A stretch of DNA of 64,000 nt from contig JAKOXL010000048.1 of assembly GCA_029781045.1 (NCBI GenBank), positions 52,261 through 116,260 on the forward strand, in the 5' to 3' direction. This DNA comes from Bacillota bacterium. Its GTDB lineage: Bacteria > Bacillota > UBA994 > UBA5500. Each line of letters starts with the position of its first letter. The stretch's first letter is position 1. The notes beneath the pieces are model-generated. The model saw only the letters and a program-made list of their open reading frames with translations, had not been told where the DNA came from and did no database searches. Shown one piece after another: positions 1-9,981 of the stretch. A program made the translations under genes and the position numbers.

Positions 1-471
1 CCATCCCCGCTATAAACTCTTGCACCAGCCGTTGATCAGTCTCAGGGTCCAACTTCCTGCCCAGCAGATGGCCTGCCGCCAGAAGCGTCAGCTCACCAAT
101 TTCATCCCGTAGAGAAGCCAGCGCCTTGTCGCGTTCTAAGGCTATCTGCTTTTCTGCTCGCTTCAACATTAGCTCTGCCTGCTCACGGGCCTCTGCTTCA
201 ATCTCGGCCCGCACTGTGGCTGCCTGTTTGGTGGCATCTTCTATAATACGCCGTGCCTCTTCCCTGGCCTCGCTTAGTTTGGATTCATAGGTAGCCACTA
301 ACTCGGCAGCCTGCGCCCGGCTGCTTTCGGCAGCTTCAATTTCCTTTTGCACGTGCTGTGCCCTTTTGTCCAAAAATTCCTTCACCGGACGGAAGAAAAA
401 CCGGGCCATGAGAGCATACAGCACCAACACATTCACAATAACAAAGACGATCTGAGGAATCTTTATGTCCA
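1..471 (-). CDS. atpF: ATP synthase F0 subunit b, partial; the gene continues past the window start
   Basis: The reverse-strand ATG at 469-471 follows an AAGGAGG RBS. Translation MDIKIPQIVFVIVNVLVLYALMARFFFRPVKEFLDKRAQHVQKEIEAAES is typical of subunit b, and it lies downstream of atpE. Confidence 0.8.
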
Positions 472-561
472 TAATCCATGGCCTCCTTGACTTAAAGGCT
501 AGGGTTATACTCGTCAGCATTAGGGCTGCTCCAGGCTGGAGCAGCCCTACTTGCAAGAGCT

Positions 562-1522
<961 letters not shown>

Positions 1523-1525
1523 ATA

Positions 1526-1960
1526 TCAGATTCCCCCCTTTCGACTCCGTGTGCTTATGAGATTACGTAGATAAGCCGCGCCTCCCTCTCGCAAGGCTTG
1601 TCGTACAGCCACACCGATGATAACTATCTTTACCAGCAGTAGTCCGAAAAAAGTGGCGAAGAAGTTCACTTCTTCCGTAAAGTAGACTATCGCCAACATA
1701 AGTGCGATTATCAAATACCGCACTACATAACTAGATGTGGCATGAACCTGAGCTTGAGCTTTTGGCAGCTGCACAATTCTAGCCACAGAATTAATAATCT
1801 GATGAAATTGCCAAAGTGAAAGACTTGTCCCTATAGCCAAACCGAAGGCAATGGCCAGTTGCTTAGCTACCAGTGCCAACCCTATCAAAGCACAGGCAAG
1901 CTTCAAAACCATAGAGCGCACAGCCTTCTCCATCTCCGGCACACTATTCCAGTTATCCAT
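1526..1960 (-). CDS. atpI: ATP synthase protein I
   Basis: A small hydrophobic protein directly upstream of atpB. The start was chosen at MDNWNS to avoid overlap with the upstream ORF, so it is uncertain. Confidence 0.55.
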   Translation of the reverse strand: MDNWNSVPEMEKAVRSMVLKLACALIGLALVAKQLAIAFGLAIGTSLSLWQFHQIINSVARIVQLPKAQAQVHATSSYVVRYLIIALMLAIVYFTEEVNFFATFFGLLLVKIVIIGVAVRQALREGGAAYLRNLISTRSRKGGI

Positions 1961-2237
1961 TGCCAAAACCTCCATTTGCCAACAACCGCCGGAGCATCTG
2001 GTAGGCCATGCCAAAACCGGTGATAAGACCGAGCACCAACCCTATCACTGAGAAAAGGGCAGTTCTATCCAAACGGGTATCTAGCCAAAGGCCGGCCTGC
2101 CAACCCAAGAGGGCGTTGACCACAATGACCAGACCCAATTGGGTAACCAAACTCAAAGCATAGAGCAATTGGCGCCACATGCTATCACCCTGCTTATTAT
2201 TACCATCTAACCGGAAAATAGCAATAGGGTGTTGCAC
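1953..2237 (-). CDS. AtpZ/AtpI-family small membrane protein (F0F1 accessory); start uncertain, possibly at 2180
   Basis: A two-TM protein of about 75-94 aa, Arg-rich at the N-terminus, at the head of the atp operon. This position is typical for atpZ. Confidence 0.45.
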   Translation of the reverse strand: MQHPIAIFRLDGNNKQGDSMWRQLLYALSLVTQLGLVIVVNALLGWQAGLWLDTRLDRTALFSVIGLVLGLITGFGMAYQMLRRLLANGGFGNG

Positions 2238-2327
2238 ACCCTTCGTATATTGTATACATGCTCAGCCACACCCCTATGTAATTCCACCTCATTTACTAAC
2301 TTCCTGCATTGTGAAAAAGTTAACCTA

Positions 2328-3473
2328 CTACATGTATTCCTCTGGCCGTTGCTCCCGCTTTCCAAAATAGAACTCAATGGCCTGCACTATTCTTTGCGAA
2401 GCAAACCCGTCACCATATGGATTCTTGGCTTGTGCCATGGCCTGATAGGCTTCCTGATCCGTTAGCAGATTCCAGGTGGCATTGTAGATATCGTCTTCCC
2501 TTATGCCAACCAAGCGTACGGTCCCGGCGGCCACTGCCTCTGGCCTTTCTGTGACGGTACGCACTACCAACACTGGCTTGCCTAAAGCAGGAGCCTCTTC
2601 CTGCACCCCACCGGAATCGGAGAGGACCAGATAGGATCGAGCCAATAGATTATGATAATCGGTAGCTATTAGCGGGTCAACGAGAAGCACCCGCTCCTGC
2701 TCTGCCAGCACTCCAAAGACCGTTTCCCGCACCACCGGATTGAGATGCACAGAGAAGACCACCTGGACATCGGGTAATGCAGTCAGCAAACGCTTAATTG
2801 CTCGGCAAGCTGCGGCAATAGGTTCTCCCCAGTTTTCCCGTCGATGCAGGGTTACCACAATGGTGCGCAGAGACGGATCAAGCTGGTTTAGTTCTGAGCA
2901 TACAAACTTGTAATCAGCGCTAACGGTCGTGCGCAAAGCATCGATGACTGTATTACCCGTTACATAGATAATCTCAGGGGCAACCCCCTCCGCCAGTAAG
3001 TGATCCCGGGCCACGTTGGTAGGGGCAAAATGCAAATCGGCCAGCACCCCAGTGAGTCGGCGGTTGATCTCTTCCGGAAAGGGCAGGTATTTATCAAAGG
3101 TACGTAAGCCCGCTTCCACATGGCCAACAGCAATCTTCTGATAGAAGGCGGCCAGAGAGCCAGCGAAGGTAGTCAAGGTGTCACCATGAACTAGTACCAT
3201 ATCGGGTCGCTCCTGCACAAGCACCTTCTCCAGGCCGGCTAGGGCGCGGCACAGAGTATCTCTAAGAGTTTGTCGCGCCTGCATAATGTCAAGATCGTAC
3301 TCGGGCGTAATAGCAAACAATTCTAACACCTGATCCAACATCTCTCGATGTTGAGCTGTCACACAAGTTATTGTCTCCAAGTGGGGGCTGGCCTGCAGCG
3401 CCTTAACTAAGGGAGCCATTTTTATAGCCTCGGGTCGGGTACCGAATATGGTCATCACTTTAGGGAGCATCAT
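2328..3473 (-). CDS. wecB: UDP-N-acetylglucosamine 2-epimerase (non-hydrolysing)
   Basis: The 381-aa product carries the N-terminal FGTRPEAIKMAPL motif and a C-terminal epimerase fold. Confidence 0.85.
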   Translation of the reverse strand: MMLPKVMTIFGTRPEAIKMAPLVKALQASPHLETITCVTAQHREMLDQVLELFAITPEYDLDIMQARQTLRDTLCRALAGLEKVLVQERPDMVLVHGDTLTTFAGSLAAFYQKIAVGHVEAGLRTFDKYLPFPEEINRRLTGVLADLHFAPTNVARDHLLAEGVAPEIIYVTGNTVIDALRTTVSADYKFVCSELNQLDPSLRTIVVTLHRRENWGEPIAAACRAIKRLLTALPDVQVVFSVHLNPVVRETVFGVLAEQERVLLVDPLIATDYHNLLARSYLVLSDSGGVQEEAPALGKPVLVVRTVTERPEAVAAGTVRLVGIREDDIYNATWNLLTDQEAYQAMAQAKNPYGDGFASQRIVQAIEFYFGKREQRPEEYM

Positions 3474-3530
3474 ACTTCCTCCGATCTGAACCGTATCTTG
3501 CCCTTCATTCTACAGAAAGGACAAAGTACA

Positions 3531-3562
3531 AGTCAAATAAGGGACTGTCGCAAAACAGCCCC
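3531..3562 (-). terminator. Rho-independent terminator after comEB and the operon running through glyA
   Basis: Hairpin GGGGCTGT-TTTGCG-ACAGTCCC followed by TTATTT on the minus strand. Confidence 0.4.
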
Positions 3563-3765
3563 TTGTTCTTCATAACACTAGAGCCAAACTGGAGTGCTAG
3601 TGCCCAGGTTATGTCCGAGTGTGCTCAGTTCACTAGGTCAGCTACAGCCTACATTTCAGGAATCTCGTAAAGCCTGCGAATAAACCTATCTCGAGCTACT
3701 AGGCAGTCTGGGCCCATTGTCGCTGTTTATCCTTGGCTCCCTCGCTTCTCTGATTATTGAATACT

Positions 3766-4224
3766 CTAGATCTCCGATTGAACCGAAGTGTGTTGTATCA
3801 GCTCTATGCCTGCCTCTTGCAGCAGGGAATGGGACAGCTGATCCGGGTAGTCAGCCTGATAGACGATACGCTCTATCCGGCTGTTGATCAGCATCTTAGC
3901 GCACAGGGAGCAGGGGAATACGTTCACATAGAGGGTAGATCCCTCGATGGAAACGCCGGAAACGGCAGCCTGAATTATAGCATTCTGCTCCGCATGTAAT
4001 GCCCGGCACAATTCATGGCGTTCACCGGATGCCACTCCCTGTTGCGTACGCAGACACCCTACTTCATCACAATGGGCCAAGCCACGGGGAGCCCCATTGT
4101 AACCGGTGGCGATAATGTGACGATCTTTCACTAGAATCGCCCCTACCTGGCGACGTAAGCAGGTGGAACGGGTGGCCACCACCCGGGTGATCTCCATGAA
4201 ATAATCGTCCCAACTTACGCGCAT
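3766..4224 (-). CDS. comEB: dCMP deaminase (ComEB-type)
   Basis: The 152-aa product has the HAEQNAI and C..C zinc-binding motifs of the cytidine/dCMP deaminase family. Confidence 0.8.
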   Translation of the reverse strand: MRVSWDDYFMEITRVVATRSTCLRRQVGAILVKDRHIIATGYNGAPRGLAHCDEVGCLRTQQGVASGERHELCRALHAEQNAIIQAAVSGVSIEGSTLYVNVFPCSLCAKMLINSRIERIVYQADYPDQLSHSLLQEAGIELIQHTSVQSEI

Positions 4225-4232
4225 TCTTCCAC

Positions 4233-4862
4233 CTATTTGGTGCCAAATAGCCGGTCCCCGGCATCACCTAAACCGGGAACAATATAGGCATGGTCGTTCA
4301 GACACTCATCTAAAGCGGCCGCGTAAATCTCCACTTCCGGGTGGGCCCCATGGAGTTTGGCTACACCTTCAGGAGCAGCGATAAGGCAGACAAAACGAAT
4401 ACTGGTGGCTCCCATGCGCTTCAAATAATCAATGGCCGCCACTGCACTACCACCGGTGGCCAACATAGGGTCAACCACTATTAGGTCCCGCTCGGCGATA
4501 TCAGAAGGTAGTTTGGCGTAGTACTCCACTGGTTGCAGCGTTTCCGGATCTCGGTACAGCCCAATATGTCCCACCTTAGCTGCTGGCACTAGGCGCAACA
4601 TGCCATTGACCATGCCTAGGCCGGCCCGCAGAATGGGTATGATACCTAACTTCTTGCCGGCTATCACGCGGGTCTTGGCAGTGGCAACGGGTGTTTCTAC
4701 TACGTAATCTTCCAGCGGCAGAGAGCGGGTAACCTCATAGGCCATCAACATTGATAGTTCTTCTACTAATTCTCTGAACTCCTTAGAACCAGTATTCTTG
4801 TCACGAATGAAAGTCAACTTATGCTGAATTAGCGGGTGGTCTAGAATATGAACTTTGGACAT
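4233..4862 (-). CDS. upp: Uracil phosphoribosyltransferase
   Basis: Starts [17 protein letters not shown] and is full-length UPRTase. The longer track ORF begins before the true start. Confidence 0.9.
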   Translation of the reverse strand: MSKVHILDHPLIQHKLTFIRDKNTGSKEFRELVEELSMLMAYEVTRSLPLEDYVVETPVATAKTRVIAGKKLGIIPILRAGLGMVNGMLRLVPAAKVGHIGLYRDPETLQPVEYYAKLPSDIAERDLIVVDPMLATGGSAVAAIDYLKRMGATSIRFVCLIAAPEGVAKLHGAHPEVEIYAAALDECLNDHAYIVPGLGDAGDRLFGTK

Positions 4863-4979
4863 AGTGGTACCCCCTTCACAAAAATGGCGCCAATACACCT
4901 TGAAGATATTTTGGCGCTAAAGGCATGTATTTAACATGGAGCGCATGCCGCCTAGACGGCATGCGCTCGCAAACTAAGA

Positions 4980-6212
4980 CTACTTATATAAAGGATAGGT
5001 CGCGCAAATCTCGGCAACGCCTTTGCGGACTTTGGCCAGAACAACCTCGTTGTCAGGATTCTCGAGTGCATCGGCAATGAGGTTGGCGACTACCCGCATA
5101 TCGTCTTCCTTCAACCCACGGGAAGTCATGGCCGGCGTACCAATACGGATACCGCTAGTTACAAACGGGCTTTCTGGATCGTAAGGAATAGTATTCTTGT
5201 TAACAGTAATCCGTACTTGATCAAGTACGGCCTCGGCCTTCTTACCAGTCAGGTTCTTACTGCGCAGGTCGACCAGCAACAGGTGATTGTCGGTACCACC
5301 AGATACCAGATCGAAGCCGCGAGCCATTAGGGCCTCACCCAAAGCCTTAGCGTTCTTCACTACTTGCTGCTGGTAGGCCTTGAATTCGTCGGTCATAGCC
5401 TCTTTGAAAGCTACAGCCTTAGCCGCAATGATATGCATAAGCGGACCGCCTTGCATACCAGGGAAAACGGCCTTATCGATAGCTTTAGCCCACTTGGACT
5501 TGCAAAGGATCATGCCACCGCGGGGACCACGTAGAGTCTTGTGGGTGGTGGTGGTCACAAAGTCGGCATAAGGTACCGGGTTCTGGTGTAATCCAGCTGC
5601 CACCAAACCGGCGATGTGGGCCATGTCGACCATCAGCAGAGCGCCGACCGACTGGGCGATTTCTTGGAATTTGGCAAAATCGATGGCCCGTGGGTAGGCA
5701 CTGGCACCGGCCACGATCAGTTTCGGTCTATGTTTTTCAGCTAGCTCACGGACTTCGTCGTAGTTAATACGACCCGTGTCTTTATCAACGCCGTAAGGAA
5801 CGATGTTATAGAGAATACCAGAGAAGTTGACCGGGCTACCATGGGTTAGATGGCCGCCCATGGAAAGGTTCATACCGAGTACGGTATCGCCAGGTTTAAT
5901 AGCTGTGAAGTAGACTGCCATGTTGGCCATGGCACCAGCGTGGGGCTGCACATTGGCGTGATCTGCACCGAAGATAGCGCAAGCCCGCTCCCGGGCCAAA
6001 TTCTCGGCCACGTCGACTTCTTCGCAACCACCATAATAGCGGCGGCCCGGATAACCTTCCGCATACTTGTTGGTGAGCACAGAACCCATTGCTTCTAAGA
6101 CGGCTTTACTGACAAAGTTCTCAGAAGCAATCAACTCCAGGTTACCTTGTTGGCGTGCCAGCTCTTTTTCCAGAACCGCATGGATTTCTGGGTCGACCAG
6201 TTTCAGAGACAT
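4980..6212 (-). CDS. glyA: Serine hydroxymethyltransferase
   Basis: The 410-aa product has the PLP-lysine [13 protein letters not shown] motif. Confidence 0.95.
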   Translation of the reverse strand: MSLKLVDPEIHAVLEKELARQQGNLELIASENFVSKAVLEAMGSVLTNKYAEGYPGRRYYGGCEEVDVAENLARERACAIFGADHANVQPHAGAMANMAVYFTAIKPGDTVLGMNLSMGGHLTHGSPVNFSGILYNIVPYGVDKDTGRINYDEVRELAEKHRPKLIVAGASAYPRAIDFAKFQEIAQSVGALLMVDMAHIAGLVAAGLHQNPVPYADFVTTTTHKTLRGPRGGMILCKSKWAKAIDKAVFPGMQGGPLMHIIAAKAVAFKEAMTDEFKAYQQQVVKNAKALGEALMARGFDLVSGGTDNHLLLVDLRSKNLTGKKAEAVLDQVRITVNKNTIPYDPESPFVTSGIRIGTPAMTSRGLKEDDMRVVANLIADALENPDNEVVLAKVRKGVAEICATYPLYK

Positions 6213-6775
6213 GTTTTCAACACTCCTTCATTTTGTTTATAGACTGCCCGTTCACCGCCAATGAGCTTGGGACGGGTGCGGGCCGCTGTCAGGTGAGCCT
6301 GACCAAGCGTTTTAACACTGAGGCGCAAGGGAACGGCCACGGGTCTTAGATGCATTCCCACAAAAGTGTCACCAATGTCCAGGGCCGCATGACCCTGTAT
6401 CCTTTCGGCCAAAACGGGGTCGGAAAGGCGCGCGTAGGCTACCGTCGCCAAAGATCCCCCCGCGTTCGGTTGGGGAACAGCACTAACCTCCTCTAAATTA
6501 TACCGTTCCAAGCACTCCCGCGTTATAACCAAAGCACGATTCAGGTGCTCACAACACTGGATAGCCAGAAAGATGCCTTCTTCTTTAGCAACTTGCTCCA
6601 AAGGAGTAAATATGGCTTTGGCCACATCTACGCTGGAAGCTTTACCAATGTGATGACCTAATACCTCACTGGTACTACAACCAACTACTAGAATCTGACC
6701 GGGCCGCAACTGGGCTCGGGGTATGAACTCGGCCAGTATATTAGACATCTCTTGCGTCAACTGTTGCATGTTCAT
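6203..6775 (-). CDS. TIGR01440/DUF436 family protein (YwlG-like)
   Basis: About 190 aa starting [12 protein letters not shown], with an ATGA overlap on the rpiB stop. The position matches B. subtilis ywlG. Confidence 0.6.
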   Translation of the reverse strand: MNMQQLTQEMSNILAEFIPRAQLRPGQILVVGCSTSEVLGHHIGKASSVDVAKAIFTPLEQVAKEEGIFLAIQCCEHLNRALVITRECLERYNLEEVSAVPQPNAGGSLATVAYARLSDPVLAERIQGHAALDIGDTFVGMHLRPVAVPLRLSVKTLGQAHLTAARTRPKLIGGERAVYKQNEGVLKTCL

Positions 6776-7224
6776 GGCTGCACAAACCTTTTTTCTATTG
6801 CAGTAATCTTGTCGATACGCCGTTGGTGACGGCCCCCAGTAAACTCCGTATCTAGCCACATCTTCACAATCGCTTGGGCCAAGCCTACACCGATCACCCG
6901 CGCCCCGAGACACAACACATTGCTATCATTATGCTCACGCGTAGCCTGAGCAGAAAATACATCATGACAAAGGGCAGCACGAATGCCGGGGAACTTATTG
7001 GCGGCTATGGACATGCCAATGCCTGTCCCACAAACTAAGATAGCTCGCTCACAATCCCCTGTCCGTACTGCCTCCACTGCTTTCTCTGCATAATCCACAT
7101 AATCAACGGACTCTAAGGAGTCACATCCCACATCAACGACGGAATAACCCCACTCCGTTAAAGTTCTTTTCAGCTCTTCCTTCAAAAGATATCCGCCATG
7201 ATCGCTGGCCAGCGCAACTCTCAT
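6772..7224 (-). CDS. rpiB: Ribose-5-phosphate isomerase B
   Basis: The 150-aa product MRVALASDHGGYLLKEEL is the RpiB/LacAB fold. Confidence 0.85.
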   Translation of the reverse strand: MRVALASDHGGYLLKEELKRTLTEWGYSVVDVGCDSLESVDYVDYAEKAVEAVRTGDCERAILVCGTGIGMSIAANKFPGIRAALCHDVFSAQATREHNDSNVLCLGARVIGVGLAQAIVKMWLDTEFTGGRHQRRIDKITAIEKRFVQP

Positions 7225-7327
7225 GCCCTCATCTCCTGCCTAATTGTCTCCAGCGTAAACCCTACTAATTATATAATACCACTTCTTTGGTGCACAAGCG
7301 CACCAACTTTATGTTGGCTTACGAAAG

Positions 7328-8017
7328 CTAGGCCTTATGTAGCCTCTTGAGCAACTGGGAGAGGGCCTCCTTGAGCTCATCACGACTGGCCCGATAGACG
7401 GACAGGGGTTGTCCGAAGGGGTCAACCACGTCTACCTGCTCTCTGGACCGCTCAATTCTCTCTATAGCCTCCCGCTCTTGCCGCAGCTGCTCCAACAACT
7501 GGCTCTGGCGTTCTGCCAGAAGTTGCTCCACCTCCGCCAGCTCCTGCAGAAGCTGGGCACGCCGCGCCCGCAGTTCATTAATATTCGGCCTAACTTCGGA
7601 GGCAAAGGCCTCCTTCTTCGCCGCCATAGCCGCGTATAACCTATGGAGAATCTGGTCTTGCTGCTCATCGCTGGCGGAGCTAGCCAAGAATTCTTTCAAG
7701 ACAAAGGTTTTTTCTGCCGCGCTGGGGAAGGTATCCACTACAAACTGTTTATGACGCCGAGTCATGGTCAGGATCAAATCGGCCCACTCCACCAGCGCTA
7801 AATCCAGATTCTGGGCCCGGTGTTTGCTCAAGTCAATGCCCAGCTCCTGCAAAGCCTGTTTTGCAAAGGGAGAAGCTTGAGCACCCGGCTCGGCAGCGAC
7901 ACCCGCCGACTGCACTACTATGTCGGTGACTCCCTGCTCTGCCAACATATGCTCTAACAGAGCTTGGGCCATGCTGCTGCGACATGTGTTGCCTGTACAG
8001 ACAAAGAGAATATTCAA
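7328..8017 (-). CDS. ywlE: Low-molecular-weight protein arginine phosphatase (YwlE-like) with an internal coiled-coil insertion
   Basis: The N-terminal CTGNTCRS P-loop and the C-terminal DPFG are conserved. An extra Q/E/R/L-rich segment of roughly 75 aa (nt 7477-7702) makes the protein 229 aa rather than the usual 150. Confidence 0.75.
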   Translation of the reverse strand: MNILFVCTGNTCRSSMAQALLEHMLAEQGVTDIVVQSAGVAAEPGAQASPFAKQALQELGIDLSKHRAQNLDLALVEWADLILTMTRRHKQFVVDTFPSAAEKTFVLKEFLASSASDEQQDQILHRLYAAMAAKKEAFASEVRPNINELRARRAQLLQELAEVEQLLAERQSQLLEQLRQEREAIERIERSREQVDVVDPFGQPLSVYRASRDELKEALSQLLKRLHKA

Positions 8018-8032
8018 ACTGCAACCCCCTTC

Positions 8033-9043
8033 TCATACCCAAAGCAAACGATAGCCGGCTGCCTTCAGCAGGCGATTCTGCAGTGCCAACCCTAGCCCGG
8101 CTGCTGAAGGATAGCCGTGGGCTAAAATAACATCCACGTTCTGCTCATCAAAACGCCGCAAAAGCTGGTACAAACTCTGAGCCGCTTCCGAAGGCCGGTT
8201 GTAACGACCTAAGGACAGGGTTCCACTGTCGGGGAATGCATGCCGAAACTCATCGTAAGTCAAAATCCCCACTCGCTTCCCTTCTCCTTCCAGCTCCCTT
8301 CTCCTAGCCCCTTGGGCTTGTACCACCGCATCCGGCTCGCCTAGATAGAGATAAAGAGGAGCTCGCGGTGCATAGTGGGTGTATTTCATGCCCGGGGAGC
8401 GTACCGGCTGGCCCGGAGTGGGACGGGTACTGGCAATCTCCACAGCTCCTAGAATTTGCTCCAAGTCTTCCACCGTAACAGCCCCTGGCCGCAGCAAAAT
8501 GGGTTTGTCAGCGCTCAGGTCAACGACCGTCGATTCCAAACCGATGGCAGCCTGACCAGCGTCGAGTATCAGATCCACCTGTTCCCCCAGATCTTCAGCC
8601 ACATGCTGGGCTAAGGTAGGGCTGGGACGTCCAGAACGATTGGCACTGGGAGCGGCTACTGGTACCCCGGCTTGACGGATCAGGGCTGTGGCCACTGGAT
8701 GGTTGGGCCAACGGACGGCCACCGTATCCAGCCCGGCAGTGACAATATCGGGTATCTGTCTATTTCTAGGCAACACAATAGACAGCGGCCCCGGCCAAAA
8801 GGCCCGCATCAGGCGCTCCGCTTCTGGGGAGACGCGCCCTACCACCTGCGGCAGAGTGGCATAATCGGCAATATGGACGATCAAAGGGTTATCGGCCGGC
8901 CTTCCTTTAGCTAAGAAGATACGGTTTACAGCTGTAGCGTCGAAGGCATTGGCTCCCAGTCCGTAAACCGTCTCCGTAGGAAAGGCTACTAAACGTCCTT
9001 CTCTTAAGTATTTAGCCCCCAGGGCTATTTGCTGCTCATTCAA
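8033..9043 (-). CDS. tsaC: L-threonylcarbamoyladenylate synthase (Sua5/YwlC type with a C-terminal Sua5 domain)
   Basis: The 336-aa product has a YrdC domain (VAFPTETVYGLGANAF) plus a Sua5 C-terminal domain. Confidence 0.85.
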   Translation of the reverse strand: MNEQQIALGAKYLREGRLVAFPTETVYGLGANAFDATAVNRIFLAKGRPADNPLIVHIADYATLPQVVGRVSPEAERLMRAFWPGPLSIVLPRNRQIPDIVTAGLDTVAVRWPNHPVATALIRQAGVPVAAPSANRSGRPSPTLAQHVAEDLGEQVDLILDAGQAAIGLESTVVDLSADKPILLRPGAVTVEDLEQILGAVEIASTRPTPGQPVRSPGMKYTHYAPRAPLYLYLGEPDAVVQAQGARRRELEGEGKRVGILTYDEFRHAFPDSGTLSLGRYNRPSEAAQSLYQLLRRFDEQNVDVILAHGYPSAAGLGLALQNRLLKAAGYRLLWV

Positions 9044-9119
9044 AGTCTTGCACTCCTAATTCAACTGTTTCCACTGTTCCTTATTGTACCACTGGGGTAA
9101 GGCAAATAAAAGCGAGAGG

Positions 9120-9593
9120 CTAGCTTAAGAGTAGAATACCCAGGAAGATTAACACGGTCCCGAAAACCCGTCCCGGGGTTAGCCTTTCCCCCAAGCAGAT
9201 GGCCGCCAGAAGACAGGCAAAGAGAGGATAGGAACCAGCTATGGGGGCCACACTGCCCACATCACCACCCCGCAAGGCGGCAAAATAGAAAACTTGGGCC
9301 AGTAGCACACCCACTACGCCACTGGCAACAATGGCTAGCCATGTTTTGACGCTCCAACCGACAAAGGGAAATACCTCCGCTCGCATCACCAGCAGGACAC
9401 CAGCGAATACGGTCGTGATAACTGCGCGGACGAAAACGGCGGCCAAAGGTGCCGCCTGCTGCAAGCCGATCTTCTCAAAGACGGGAGCTATACCGTAGCA
9501 CAGGGCAGCAAAAAGGGCAAATAGCGCGGATTCGTTCATCATCCTCCACCTCCCGCTTAAACTTATGCCGAGCGGGACTACCCCTAGAAGCAC
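9120..9593 (-). CDS. Single-domain EamA (DMT superfamily) membrane protein; start probably at 9542
   Basis: 4-5 TM segments and an EamA-like C-terminus LGERLTPGRVFGTVLIFLGILLL. Confidence 0.55.
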   Translation of the reverse strand: MLLGVVPLGISLSGRWRMMNESALFALFAALCYGIAPVFEKIGLQQAAPLAAVFVRAVITTVFAGVLLVMRAEVFPFVGWSVKTWLAIVASGVVGVLLAQVFYFAALRGGDVGSVAPIAGSYPLFACLLAAICLGERLTPGRVFGTVLIFLGILLLS

Positions 9594-9831
9594 TAACGTC
9601 CACGCCTCTCAATAGGGGCCGGGCGCAGCACCGCCGCGCCCCTACGAAACAACCTAGATGCAGGACATAACACCGGGGGCCGGGCGTCATGCGCACAGCG
9701 CGTTGGGGCCATAAGTAAAAGAGCGAGCAAGCCAAGGGGTAGGAGCGGCAACAGCCGAGCTGGCTTAGCCAACAAAATGCTAATGCGCACTGCCACGGGA
9801 ATGCCCGACAGCCAATAAATCTACCACCTGC

Positions 9832-9910
9832 GAGTGCGCCGCTCCCCTTGGCGCAGTGAGCTCATTCCGACAGAGGCTTGGCCACAGGCGCTCTAGTATG
9901 ACCCCGGCCC
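9832..9910. repeat. Intergenic repeat unit, copy A of three
   Basis: About 85% identical to 18165-18243. The shared core is CCCTTGGCG..TGAGCTCATTCCG..CAGG..TTGG.CACAGGCGCTCTAGTATGACC.CGGCCC. Confidence 0.6.
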
Positions 9911-9952
9911 CCACTACCTCCCCCTTAGGAACATCATATGATATAATAAATA

Positions 9953-9964
9953 AAACAAATGTTC
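9953..9964 (+). promoter_or_regulatory. Putative LexA (Cheo-box-like) operator at the dinB promoter
   Basis: AAACAAATGTTC matches GAAC-N4-GTTC at 7 of 8 positions. It lies just downstream of a TATAAT at 9937-9942 and upstream of the dinB RBS. Confidence 0.25.
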
Positions 9965-9981
9965 GCTAGGAGGTGCGAACG

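Noticed and set aside
9449-9796. Three overlapping ORFs (9449-9670 +, 9475-9735 -, 9593-9796 -) in the GC-rich spacer upstream of dinB
   Set aside because: They are Arg/Pro/Ala-rich translations typical of random high-GC sequence, with no RBS and mutually overlapping frames. The region is better treated as non-coding (see finding).
9594-9972. Possible known structured RNA (RNase P, SRP RNA, 6S, tmRNA, cobalamin riboswitch) in the GC-rich spacer
   Set aside because: None of the signature motifs is present: no RNase P AGGAAAGUCCGG, no SRP domain-IV GGAAGCAGCC, and no B12 box. The GCCAC-GGGAA-GCC fragment is too short to call.
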